Below, piece by piece: positions 25,621 through 38,367 of a stretch of 64,000 nucleotides of DNA. Source of the stretch: Chiloscyllium plagiosum (lineage: Eukaryota); NCBI RefSeq assembly GCF_004010195.1, contig NC_057752.1, positions 5,323,223 to 5,387,222 on the forward strand, read 5' to 3'. The notes below the pieces were generated by a model that was given only the letters and a program-made list of their open reading frames with translations, made no database searches and was not told where the DNA came from. The position numbers and the translations under genes were made by a program. Numbering within the stretch: position 1 is the stretch's first letter; every line of letters begins with the position of its first letter.

Positions 25621-27360
25621 AACAGTACAATACAGGCCCTTTGGCCCTCACCGTTGTGCCAACCTTTTATCTTACTCTAAGATCAAATTATCATAAATAT
25701 CCTTCATTTTACTATCATCCAAGTGTCGCTTAAATGTCCCTAATGATTCTGACTACTACCACTGCTGGCAGTGCATTCCATGTAACCACCACACTGTGTA
25801 AAGAACCTATCTCTGACATCTCCCTGAAACTTTCCTCCAGTCACCTTAAAATTAAGCCCCCTTGTGATAGCCATTTCTGCCCTGGGAAAATGTCTCTGGC
25901 TATCCACTCTATCTATGCCTCTCCTCATCTTGTATACCTCTACAAGTCACCTATCATCCTTCTTCACTCCAACATGAAAATCCCTGTCGCCTTCAACTTT
26001 TCTTCATGAGGCATACCCTCTGGTCCAGGCAGCATCCTGGTAAATCTCCTCTGCACCCTCTCTAAAGCTTCCACATCCTTTCTATAATGAGGCGACCAGA
26101 ACTGAACGCAATATTCCAAGAGTGGTTGAACCAGGGCTTTATAGAGCTGCAGCATAACCTCACAGCTTTTAAATTCAATCCCCCTGCTAATGAAAACCAG
26201 GTTGAACTCCATCTGCCAATTCTCAGCCCAGCTTTGCATTCTGTCAATGTCCCGTTGCAACCTCCAACAGCCCTCCACACTATCCAACACTCCTCCAACT
26301 TTTGTGTCATGGGCAAACTTACTATTCCACCCTTCCACTTCCTCATCCAAGTCATTTATTAAAATCACAAGAAAGGTCCCAGAATCGATCTCTGTGGCGC
26401 AACACTGGTCATGGAGCTCCAGGCTGAAAACTTTCCATCTACCACTACCCTGTCTTTTATAGGCCAGCCAGTTCTGCATCCTGACAGCAAACTTTCCCTG
26501 TATCCATGCCTCCTTAGTTTCTGAATGAGCCTACCACTTTGCTAAAATCCATGTAAACCACATCTACTGCTCTACCTTCATCAGCGTGTTTTGTCACATC
26601 CTCAAAGAATTCAATAAGGTTTGTAAGGCATGACCTGCCCCTCTCAAAGCCATGCTGACTATTTCTAATCAAGCTATGCTTTTCCAAATAATCATAAATT
26701 ATGTCTCTCAATCCTCTCCAATAATTTGCCCACCACTGACATAAGACTGGTCTATAATTCCCAGGGTTATCCCTATTCCCTTTCTTGAACAAAGAAATAA
26801 CAGTTGTTACCCTCCAATCATCTGGTACGACTCCAGTGGGCAATGAGGGGACACTATCAGCGTCAAACGTGTAGCATCTCTTCCCGTAGAAACCTTGGCT
26901 ATATCCCGTTTGGCCCAGATGACTTATCTATCTTTGTTTTTCAAAATTTCCAGCACATCCTCCTCCTCAACATCAACCTGTCCGAGCATATCAGCCTGTT
27001 TCACACTGACCTCACAAACGTCAAGGTCCCACTCAGTAGTGAATACTGAAGCAAAATATTCATTAAGGACCTCCTCTGACTCCTGCACAAGTTCCCTCCG
27101 TTATCCCTGATCGGCTCTACCCTCACTCTGGCCATCCTCTTGTTCCTCAAGTGTAGAATGCCTTGGGGTTTCATTAATCCTGCCCGTCAAGGTGTTTTCG
27201 TGGCCCCTACTAGCTATTCTTAAGTCCATTCGTTAGTTCCTTCCTGGCTACCTTGTAACCCTCCAGAGCACTGTCTGTTCCTTGCTTCCTCAACCTTAAG
27301 CTTCCTTCATCTTGACTAAATATTTCACTTCTCTTGTCATCCAAGGGTCCTCGGACATAA
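25621..27360 (-). mobile_element. CR1 LINE, same subfamily as 14980-15795
   Basis: ORFs 25964-26479 and 26514-26843 carry CR1 RT motifs (SQHGFERGRSCLTNLIEFF, KFAHDTKVGG). Confidence 0.92.
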
Positions 27361-27610
27361 ACTTAACTCCCTGAGGTGTCTTTTGGGTTGGACTAATTCA
27401 GGGTGTGTTTAAAATCAATGACAGTCAACACTTAACTCTTGCACCATTACCCAGCTGAACTTCATACTGAACTACTTAGAATGTACAACACAGATGCAGG
27501 CCATGTAGCCCAGCAAGTTATTTATGTTTCACTTGAGTCTCCTCCCACCTTTCTTCTTTTAAGTATTAATATAACCATCCATTCTCTCTTCATGCTTATT
27601 TAGCTTCCCT

Positions 27611-28860
27611 TTAAGAACATAAGAACTAGGAGCAGGAGTAGGCCGTCTGGCCCTTCGAGCCTGCTCCGCCACTGAAGATCATGGCTAATCGTCTTGTGGA
27701 CTCAACTCTACTTATCCGCGTTTACACCATAACCCTTAATTCCTTTATTTTTCAAAAAAGTATCTACCTTAGCTTTAAAAGTGATTACTGAAGTAGCGTC
27801 AACTACTTCCCTGGGCAAGGAATTCCATAGGCTAAACAACCCTCTGGGTGAGGAAGTTCCTTCTCAGTTCAGTTCTAAACCTGTTTCCTCTAATCTTGAG
27901 GCCATGCCTCCTTGTCAGTTTCTTCTTAAATGCCTCATGTGAGTTAATGAATGAGGTATACCTACAAACCTATGAGAACTCTTCATAAGCAACTGAGTAC
28001 TTGCTAAAAGGGAATTTGTATGTGAAAGATTGTGGTCTGCAAAAAGAGTCATGGTCATACAGCACAGAAAATAGACTCTTCGGTCCAACTCGTCCGTGCC
28101 AACCCAATGTCCCAATCTGACCTCGTCCCATTTGCTGGCATTTGGCCCATATCCCTCTAAATCCTTCCTATTCATATCCTATCCAGATGCCTTTTTAAAT
28201 GTTGTAGTTGTACCCGCCACCTCCTGCACCTCTGGCATCTTGTTCCATACACGTACCACCCTTCGTGCAAAAAAGTTACCATTCAGATCCTTTTTAAATA
28301 TTTCCCCACTCACCTTAAGCCTATGCCCTCTAGTTTTGGACTCTCCCACCCTAAGAAAAAGACCATGGTTATTCACCCTATTCATATTCCTCATGATTTT
28401 ACAAACCTCTATTAGGTCACCCCTCAGCCTCCAACGCTCCACGAGGAAAAAAAACTCAACCTATTCAGCCTTTCCCTGTAGCTCCCAGTCCTGGCAACGT
28501 CCTTGTCAATCTTTTCTGCACCCTCTCAAGTTTAACGACATAATTCCTATTGAAGGATGACCAGAATTTTATGCAGTGTTCTAAAGATAGCCTCACCATT
28601 GTCCTGTACAGGTACAACATGATGTCCCAACTCCCTATACTCTATGTTTTGACCATTGAAGGCAAGCTACCAAATGCCATCTTAACCACCCTGTCGACTT
28701 GCAACTCCACTTTCAAGGAACTGTGTACCTACACCCCGTGGTCTCTTTGTCTGTAAAAGTCGTGTCCTGGTTTGCTTTGCCAACACCTTATATTTATGTA
28801 AATTAAAACTCCATCTATCACCCCTCGGCCCATTGTTCAGATATAGCACAATCCCAACAA
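27611..28860 (-). mobile_element. Two adjacent CR1 3' fragments (27611-27915; 28046-28860)
   Basis: Two distinct CR1 tails; RLRGDLIEV.KIM and FF..RVVRVWN motifs. Confidence 0.85.
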
Positions 28861-28907
28861 GGTGATCATCCCTTTTCACTTTTAGTCCATCCTCCTCCAT
28901 ATAACTT

Positions 28908-31100
28908 TACATAGAGTCATAGAGATGTACAACACGGAAACTGACCCTTCAGTCCAACTTGCCCATGCCAACTAGATATCTTAAACTAATCTAGTCCCAT
29001 TTGCCAGCACTTGGCCCATATCCCTCGAAACCCTTCCTATTCAGATACCCGTCTGGATGCCTTTTAAATGCTGTAATTGTACCAGCTTCCACCACTTTTC
29101 TCTGGCAGCTCATTCCATACATGCAACACTGTCTGTGTGAAAAGTTGCCCCTCTAGTCCCTTATCAATCCTTTCCCCTCTCACCTGAAACCCATACCCTC
29201 TAGTTTTGGACCCCGCACCCTAGGGAAATGACCTTGTCTGCATATGCTATCCATGCTCCTAATGATTTTATAAATCTCTATAAGGTCACTGCTCAACCTC
29301 CAATGCTCCAGGGAAAATAACCCCAGCCTATTCAGCCTCTCCCTACAGCTCTAACCCTGGCAATATCCTTGTATATCTTTTCTGAACCCTTTCAGTTTCA
29401 CAGCATCCTTCCTATAGCAGGGAAACCAGAGTTGCAGGCAGTATTCCAAAAGTGACTGAAACAATGTCCTATACAGTTGCAACATTTCCTCCCAACTCAT
29501 ACACTCAAATGCACTGAGCAATAAAGGTTGGCACACCAAATGCAGCCTTCACTATCCTATCTACTTGCAACTCTACTTTCAAAGAACAATGAACCTGCAC
29601 TCCAAGGTTTCTTTATTTGCCAACACTCCCTGGGACCTTACCATTAAGTGTAGAAATCCTGCCCTGATTTGCCTTTCCACAATGCAGCACCTCACATTTA
29701 TCTAAATCAAACTCCCTCTGCTGCTACTCAGCCCATTGGTCCATCTGATCTAGATCCCATTGCACTCTGAGGTAACCTTTTTCACTGTCCACGAAACCTC
29801 CAATTTTGGTGTCATCTGCAAACTTACTAACCATACCTCCTATGTTCGCATCCAAATTATTTATATAAATGATGAAAAGCAGTGGACCCAGCACCAATCC
29901 TTGTTGCACACTGCTGTTCGCAGGCCTCGTAGGAATGTCCTCTAAGTACAGCGGTAATGTTATCTCTAACTGAAAATGCCACTCGTCCTTTCTATCCTTC
30001 CTATAGCACCTATACCCAGGAACATTAAACTGCCAGTCCTGTCTGTCCCTAAGCCATGTTTCTATAATAGGTGTTATATCCCTGTCCCATGTTCCAAAAC
30101 ATGCCCTAAGTTCATCTGCCTCATCTGTCAGGCCTTGAAGTAAATGCAGTTTAATTTGATCACTCTTACCTCATTTTCTGCCAAGCTCTTGTTTGCATTG
30201 ACTGTTTGACTAGCTTCCCTCATCTACTGTACCAGCCTCAGCCTTTTCTCTTTTCTCGCTATTGCTTTGAACCCAAACCCATTCCTCTTACACAGGCCAT
30301 TTCTCCCTAAGGAGATTCCAGTTGTCCAAAAATGTGAATCCTTGTCTCCTGGAGCAGCTCCTCAGCCATGCATTTGTCTGCTCCTAATTCTACTCTTGCA
30401 AGCACATGGCAAGAGTAGTAGTCAAGACATTACTACCCTTGAGGACCTACATTTTAACTTCCTGCCTAGTTTTCTCCATTCTGTCTGTAGAATCTCACCC
30501 CTTTCCCCACTTGTGTCATTGGCGCCAATGTCCACAGTGACCACCACTGGGCACACTCCTGAACATTCTGCACCCTCTCTGAGACATCCGCACCAAGGGA
30601 GCAACACACCAGCCTAATGGTGGCAGCAACATCTGTCTCTGCCCCAGACTATAGAGAGTGCACTATTCTAATCGATTTGCTTGAAACCTGATGTACACCT
30701 CATTACAGTAGATCCAGTGACGGTAGCAAAAACCTGGCTGTCAGTGCTATGCACTTCTGAGAGGCTAGCACCCTCCACCCCAATATCTGAAATGGCATAC
30801 TTGTTTGAGATGGGGATTGCTCCAAGAAATGCCTACACAACTTGGCTATCTCTCTTACCATTCTAAGCAGTTAGCCATCTACCTGACAGTATTTGTAGTG
30901 TCTCCATCTTCCTAAACTGCCATTCTTCTCACATCCCCTTGCTCTTGTAAACACCTGATTGCCTCTGACTGCTGTTCTAACCAATCCATGTGATCTGATA
31001 GGATTCGCAACCAAACACTTCCTGCAGACATAGTTTCCAGAAACATTCAAATTCTCCTTGATCTCCCGCATCTGACAGGAAGAGCTTATCACCCTACTAA
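28908..31100 (-). mobile_element. CR1 LINE with large internal deletion, retaining ORF1 (zinc finger plus SGNH esterase) remnants
   Basis: RT motifs QGLVLGPLLF.IYINNL and KFADDTK; ORF1-like SCQM.E...YVCRKC and V.IGAND...LGRKLK.RSSRVV.S. Confidence 0.85.
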
Positions 31101-32655
31101 AAGTTATTTCTACTCTTTTAATAGTCTACAGATCCAGAAATTACCTAAAAACGAACACAACACGACTTGCTTAAAAACGTTGCATTAGCACAGTCTTACT
31201 GCTCTGTGAACTTAATACTGATCCTTAATATTAAAGGTCAATCAAGAGACAGATTGCAATGTAAATAAGAAAAAAAATGCCCTCCGCTCACTATTATGGA
31301 TTTCCAGAAAAAAACAATTTAGAAGTTTTCTAAGTCTTAAAATCAAACACTTGGACAACTTCTTGTTGGAGTGATTGCAGAGTGAGTCTGACACTGAGAA
31401 GGTGAGGCTTGGCCACTGTCACTGCAGTGACCGCAACAACACAATGCTTCTGTGGACATCCCAAATCTGGTGTACAAATCTTTGCAAAGGTCTGGCTCTT
31501 TGTACGGTGTCCATTTCTAATATGCAGTGTTTCAGTGTGTTTTCAATTTCTTCTCCAAAATCTCTGATTTCCATCTCCTGCCTTCAGGTCTTCTTATTCA
31601 GTGCTGCCCATCTTGACTTGTTCAGAAGTTAAATATTTCTTTTATTCTTAACTGTGCACTTCAACTTTGTTGAAAAGAGCAACTGGTTAGAATGCAACTT
31701 GAGAAATAGTCAATTCCTCCAATCCAGAATAGGATAATTTTATTGTCAATGTAGTTAAGCCACTGTATGCTGTTAATGAAGCTCTACTATATTTATCTCT
31801 CAAAATAACCCTAAATACTGCTCGATGGCTCAGTAGTATTTGATTGTCACCATTGCATTATCATGTATTCATTTTTCATTCCCAGTGCATGGGAAGTGAA
31901 GAATGGTCAGTATTTAATTCACAAAGGGCTAGAGGATGAAGTGATGGTTAAACCAATGTGAGGGTACGAGAGTAGCAAGAGGGCTGTTTCAAGCACTGCA
32001 TTTTTGTGCAAGGGTTGGGTGTTCCTGTTTTGCCACATATAACTAATTGTCTTTTAAGATATTTTAGCTACAACCTGGCGTAGCTCACTTATTGTAACAG
32101 GCAATTAATTTTTTGTGGTGCAAGTTGGGCAATTTGAGTCAGTGCGAATGGAATGCTTTTGCAGTAGTATTCTGATGCCTTGAGGTGAAACAAGTGCACA
32201 AAATCGACAAGGATATTGGTGTTTAGATGTAACTGTTTAGTTGAGTACTTGTGCTAATTGTTCTAATTTCCATATCAGTTGTTTTGCTTTTAATTTAAAA
32301 ACTAATTTTAAATTGGGCTGATGATTTTGATTGTGTAATATGTATCTTAAAATGTATAAGTTGAGTCTCATTCAGTAAACTGTTTATGACTGGAGTAGTG
32401 ATTAATGGAACTCAGTTTTTCTAATATGAAGTCCTAGCTCTGCACTTAACCCAGGTTTTAGTGCCTGTTCTTGCAATCAGAAAGATATCCCTGTAAAGTG
32501 ATGCTGGGATACTTTAAAAAGATGACTAAATCAAATGTGTTTTAAAAAATCATTCACCTTTATAAATTTTCAGTCTCTGATTTGAATTTCATCAATGAAG
32601 TGAAGTAAATAGCATAAGTTTTAATATAGTACTTTTTTTTTAAATTCCATTTTAG

Positions 32656-32827
32656 CAAAGGATGAGGCAAATTGTGGCGTATGTGATGCACCAGGGGATC
32701 TCCTGGACCTTCTCTTCTGTACCAGCTGTGGATTGCATTATCATGGTGCATGTCTGGAAATTGCCGTAACACCAGTTAAACGTGCTGGTTGGCAGTGCCC
32801 TGAGTGCAAAGTATGCCAGACTTGCAG
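32656..32827 (+). CDS. KMT2D: KMT2D coding exon 6 (PHD2; CGVCDAPGDLLDLLFCTSCGLHYHGACL...WQCPECKVCQTC)
   Basis: ttttag acceptor, ag|gtttgt donor, 172 nt. Confidence 0.96.
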
Positions 32828-33233
32828 GTTTGTATCTCATTTAGACACTGCATGAAATGTGCATTATTGTCAAGGAATGTGAAATCTGTGTAACCTGTTT
32901 TCCTGTTAGAATTTTAATAGTTATAGGAAAATGAAAGTATGAGTCCAGGTGGTGCATATTCTCTTTCTAAATATTTTGTGGTACCTTTGTGCTGTAATTT
33001 GTATTGGTTTGCCAACTTTTGTCTTGATACGTTCATGGAATGTTGGCAGAAAGGAAATTGAACACATATTTGAAGACGCAAAAAAAAATTGCAGGCATAA
33101 AGGGAAAGAACAGGGAATGGGGTTAACTGGATTGCTCATTGGAAGAGCTGGTACAGTGGCCCAAATGTCCTTGTTTTCCAGTGTGTTGGATTATTTTACT
33201 AAATTGTAATGTCGTCTATTAAATTCTATGCAG

Positions 33234-33348
33234 ACAGCCTGGTGCCGACACAATGATGCTTGTGTGTGATGCATGTGACAAGGGCTATCACACATTTTGT
33301 TTAAAACCAGCAATGGAATCACTGCCTACTGATAGCTGGAAATGCAAG
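33234..33348 (+). CDS. KMT2D: KMT2D coding exon 7 (PHD3; MLVCDACDKGYHTFCLKPAMESLPTDSWKCK)
   Basis: ctatgcag acceptor, aag|gtgggt donor, 115 nt. Confidence 0.96.
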
Positions 33349-33479
33349 GTGGGTGCTTTGCGTCTTTATGTACGTACGCTTGTGTGTTCTATTGATGTCA
33401 TTCAGTGTCAGGCAGGCAGACAGTACATGATGGCTTTAGTCTCTTATGTTTGGAACACCAGTTTTAATGTTTTTCTGCT

Positions 33480-33800
33480 TATTTGTTCATGGGGTGTGGG
33501 TATCGCTGACTTGTGTCAGGATTTATTGCCCATCCCTAATTAACTAGAGGGCAGTTAAAAAGCAACTACCTTTTTGTAAGAATGGCAGATTTCCTTCCCG
33601 AAAGTGATGATGAGTGAATGAACTGATGGAGGTTTTACACAAATCAACAGTGGTCACCATTAGACTAGCTTTTTATCCCAGATTTTTATTGAAATCAAGT
33701 TTCACTATCTGCCATGTTGGGATTCAATCCCAAGTCCCCATAATGTTAGCCTAGGATTCTGGGTTACTAGACCATTACAATTACACTGCTGACTCCCCAG
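33480..33800 (-). mobile_element. tRNA-derived SINE (second family)
   Basis: Reverse complement is similar to 21940-22185. Confidence 0.7.
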
Positions 33801-34975
33801 GAATGATACTTGAAAGTCTTGCATACTGTTTTTTCCTGAATTCCACGGAGTTGTTTTGGGAGTTTGCAGATCTTATTATAGTAGATTCACTTGCTTTTTA
33901 ACTATCAAGAAGTTTGGAATGTGTCTAGTTGCTTTCTCAACTGATGGTTAAAATTTGTCACTGAATTTATTATAGTAATATGGTTGATATCCATTTCTTT
34001 GATCACTTTTTCTATATTTTTAAGATGTTCTTGCCGATCATCAACAGAAATGTCACTGTCCATATTTAGATGGGTGGGAGAAAAGAAGACCAACCATATT
34101 GACTCTTTCCTCTTGTATAAAACATTTGCTGCCATCTAACAACTCCTAGATGATTAATGTTTTGTTTCTGCTGATCTCCAAGTGGATCTCTGCATTCACC
34201 TGGGTTATTCATATAATTTTTGTACTTTTTTGATCTTTTATTTGTAAGGATTGAATGAGCAGAAAGTTGGATTACTCTACTAGGGCTTAGCTTTCCTTCT
34301 GGTTTTGACTGTTGCACAACACTGTTATAAATTTCCTCCCTCCTTAACTGCCTGTTGGTACCTTTTGTTGGTTAACCTGACCCAGTACAGGCTAGTTTAT
34401 TCCTATATGCATTTGAGTTTTGTTGCCATCTTCTGTAATCAGTCATAAGGATTATGACATTTTCTTTTATTGCTCATGCCTTGTGAAATGTTCTGAGTGA
34501 GGAAAGGAAAAAGCTTCTGTTTGGGTAGCAGCCTGCTTTTTTTGCGTCTTTGTTAACAAATGAGAAGTAGTGTGGGAAACTCTAAGGGAAAGAACGGAAA
34601 AGAAAAATGATTATTTTATATCTTCTCTGTTTAAGAATTCAGTTCTCTTGCTTTCTAAGATAAGAATGTGTGCGTAGTGACTTGCTGCCATGTGTGCATG
34701 ATGGGATGTGGAGGGAAGAGGAGATCAACTCTGGTTGAGATGATTTGTGGTTTCCTTTTTGGTCTAACGTTCGAGGCACAATCGTGCAACAGCTAAGAGT
34801 CCCATACTAGGCTTAATTTTCGGTGCAACTTCGTGAAAATGCTCCTTTTTATCGTTTATTTTCTAATAATCATGAAGCTGCACTATCAGATGTTGAGTCA
34901 ATTGAATCAAAAGACCCAATTTGATATCTCTAATGTGCTTTTTATGGTAGCTTCTCTTCTAATTTCTTTGTGCAG

Positions 34976-35163
34976 AACTGCCGGGTGTGCAGTGATTGTG
35001 GTTCAAGGTCTGCAGGGAGGCATCCAAATTCACAGTGGCATCACAACTATTCAGTGTGTGAGAAATGTTACTGGCAAAGGAACAGGGATACTGCAGTGTG
35101 CACACTATGTGGTAAAACAAATGAACAAACAGATGACACGCTAAACTGCCATATCTGCCAAAG
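34976..35163 (+). CDS. KMT2D: KMT2D coding exon 8 (NCRVCSDCG...CEKC...CTLC...CHICQ)
   Basis: ctttgtgcag acceptor, ag|gtaagt donor, 188 nt. Confidence 0.95.
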
Positions 35164-35894
35164 GTAAGTGATTTATGCACTTATTATTTGTCAGGCCAAG
35201 AAAAGGTGTTTCTGTTAGCAACAGTCATCATGATCAATTGCATCTGTAGGAAATCTCATCGCAGTATGTATGCAGAGGTTGATTGGAGCCAAATTGTATT
35301 AGAAGACTAAAATTAGTGCCCCTTCAGTTGTCTCCATATAAGTTGTTTCTAACAATGCATGTAGAACCTAAACTAGTGTGGGTGAAATTTAATGCTTTTC
35401 AAGCGTATAGACTGTGAACTCTTGAGTAACTTACACAGCAAGGAAACTGGTAATTTAGCCCAATTGGTCTATGCCAATATATAAGGTGTAGATTAGGCTC
35501 CTTCCACTCCACTTCATCTAATTCTACCAAGTCAACATTTTTTACACCCTTGCTTCCCAAAGGCTTTTAGTAAATGAACTTATCCTATTTAAACATTTTC
35601 CACTTAGAATTTTATTGTGCTGCTAAGCATGCACACCAGTTGATTAACAATAGGTAACCTTACCCCCTCACCTTTTTCAGTACAGTCTTGTGTGACCACC
35701 TCTGCTTAGTGCTTCATTTCCTTCAGGAAAGAACCAGATTTCATTCCATATTATGTTACTAAAAATTTTAGGTGTTTGAAGGAAATAACGCATTACAATT
35801 TACTATATTTCGTGTACATGCCAACTTCGTCTTGTCAATTTTAAGGTTTAGAAACAGTAACTTTTCATTTGCTTCTTGCATGATTTATTCTCAG

Positions 35895-36046
35895 GTGGAT
35901 CCATGCAGACTGTGGCCCTTCATCTCTTCTTTTATCAGGGCAACAGTACACGTGTACAATGTGTAAAAACCCATCACAAAACTCAGGCCTTTCACTTTCT
36001 GAGCATGTTGTTGAGAGGCGACTGAAGCTTGGGTCAGTGGAATCAG
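35895..36046 (+). CDS. KMT2D: KMT2D coding exon 9 (RWIHADC...YTCTMCK; second half of the extra PHD)
   Basis: ttctcag acceptor, cag|gtatgt donor, 152 nt, phase 2 to 1, completes a C4-H-C3 pattern. Confidence 0.9.
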
Positions 36047-36202
36047 GTATGTCTGAATAGATTTATTTGATTCTTTCTGGAAAGTGTTTAGCCCTAACTT
36101 AGACCAATGAAAATGTTTTTGTAATTTAAATCGCTATGTTTTCTCTGCACGTTTAATTTGATTATTGGAATTTTGATACACTGTGATGTCAGTTCAGTTA
36201 CC

Positions 36203-37410
36203 GAGTCATAGAGCTGTACAGCATGGAAACAGACCCTTTGGTCAACTCATTCATGCCAACCAGACATCCTAAGTTAATCTAGTCCCATTTGCTAGCATTT
36301 GGGTCTATAATCCCTCGAAATCCCTTTCCATTCATGTGTCCGTCCAGATGCCTTTTAAATGCTGAAATGGAACAAACCTCCACCATTCCTTTGGTAGATC
36401 ATTCTATACACGTGCCACACTCTGTGTGGAAAAACTTGCCCCATAAGTCCCATTTATATCTTTCCCCTCTATTTGAAAATTATGCCGTCTAGTTGTGGAC
36501 TCCCCGACCCTGAGAAAAAGATCTTGGTTATTCACCCTATCCTTGCCCCTCATAATTTTATAAACCTCCGCAGGTCGTTCTGTTATGATGCTCATTTCGT
36601 CAATGCAAATTCACTGTAACGTGATTGATGAATTGGGGAAGTTGTTTCTACAGAGTAAACTCTTAGAACGTGTTAGCTGTAACGTGACTACAGTACCGAC
36701 ACTTTAAGCACTGTTTCTAAAGTGTAATTTTTCTATAACGCAGGGTTGTATAAGAACGCAACCATCATGTTAAAGAAGAAGTGACTGTATAAGGTCACCC
36801 ATCAGCCTCCGACACTCCAGGAAAACAGCCTATTCAGCCTCTCCCTGTAGCTCGAAACCTCCAACACTGGCAACATCCTTGTAGATCTTTGCTGAACCCT
36901 TTCAAGTTTCACAACATCTTTCCTACAGCAGGGAAATCAGAATTGAGCGCAGTATTCCAAAAGTAGCCTAACCAATGTCCTGTGCAGCCGCAACATGTCC
37001 TCCCAACTCCTATACTCAATGCACTGACCAATAAAGGCAAGCGTACCAAACGCTGCCTTCACTATTCTGTCTACCTGTGAGTTCACCTTTAAGTAACTAT
37101 AAACCTGCAACCCTCGGTGATTCTGTTCAGCAACACTCCGCAGGGCCCTACCATAAAGTGTACAAGTCCTGCCCTGATTTGCCGTACCAAACTGTAACAC
37201 CTATTTACCTACATTCAACTCCGCCTGCCCCTCGGCACATCTAATCAAGGTCCAGTTGCATTCTCACTGTCAACTACGCCACCACTTTTGGAGTCATCTG
37301 CAAACTTATTAACCATTCCTCCTATATTTGCATCCAAATCATTTATATAAATGACAAAAAGCTGTCACAGGCCTCCAGTCTGAAAAACAACCCTCCACCA
37401 CCACCACCCT
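36203..37410 (-). mobile_element. CR1 LINE 3' portion, interrupted by a MITE
   Basis: Tail at 36203; ORF 36937-37200 is CR1-like. Confidence 0.9.
36571..36787. mobile_element. MITE, probably Tc1/mariner/pogo (Tigger)-type
   Basis: Interrupts the CR1 sequence aaacctc-ta-taagg at a TA site; begins CAG and ends CTG with imperfect ~20-bp TIRs. Confidence 0.6.
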
Positions 37411-38262
37411 TGAAGAAAATTTCATAGTGAAAATGTTATGCACGCCTTTCTTTCCTTTTTAATTTCACTTTTATTTCAGTAAGCTAATGTATTAAGTCTT
37501 GAGTATGGTGTGCTGTATCCTCCTATGTTGTAACTTGGAGTAACATTTTTGACTCTCCATCTAGAAAACACACATTTTTCATAATTTTATGTGAAAATAT
37601 TTCATATCATGTGGGACACTTACTACTCTGAACTGTGGCACAGTAAGAGTTTGTCATGATTGCAGTTACTAACCCTGGTTATTTGGTCTGCTCCTTTTCT
37701 TATAGCCCTTTGCAGGTTTGCCAAAGTAATTCTATGGATTATTTGTGACTTTGCATCCCACTTGACCTGCCGACAGGTCGAGCTCCGAAACACAATTATT
37801 AAGCAACAAAATAAAGCTTTGTTTTGATCTTTTTGTGCTCCTATCTAGTTATTTCTCATGATCACTTCAAATTTACTATTGCATGGGAGACAATGAATTA
37901 TTTAAATATGTACTGGAGTCTTTGCAAGATTGCTTCATTTTTGTGATGGAAGAATTTCTCCATCTTTATTCTATGCATCATGCAGAAGAGTGGATGTTAG
38001 ATAGCTTTTTGGGTCATTCAAAGTTAGTAAATGTGAGTCATGCATCAGAGGCCGTAAGGTGATTTTGGCCATGGATTCTTCAGTAATGTCACTGATCAGG
38101 AAATCCATAATGTGAGGATTGAACTTGTATCTGTAAATAATTATCGCATGCACATTCATGCTTTAATGCACCATTGTCTAAATAGAGCTCATTTTGATTA
38201 ATTTTCAAGATTTCAAAAAAAACTGCTTAAGCAGCCTGAAAATGTTGCTTTTTGTTGTGTAG

Positions 38263-38367
38263 AGAAAGTAAAAGAAACTGAATGGTCTGAAAAGCAAAAG
38301 AAGAATGTTGAACCAGAAAAACAATTGAATGAGAGTGTCGCTGGAAACCCATTTCAGAAACAGGAGG
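38263..38367 (+). CDS. KMT2D: KMT2D probable coding exon 10 (EKVKETEWSEKQKK...FQKQE)
   Basis: tttttgttgtgtag acceptor, g|gtgaga donor, 105 nt, symmetric phase 1-1, purine-rich open frame. No recognisable homology. Confidence 0.6.

Noticed and set aside
2957..31100. Intact, active reverse transcriptase genes
   Set aside because: All CR1, RTE and L2 ORFs are short, frameshifted and interrupted by stops.
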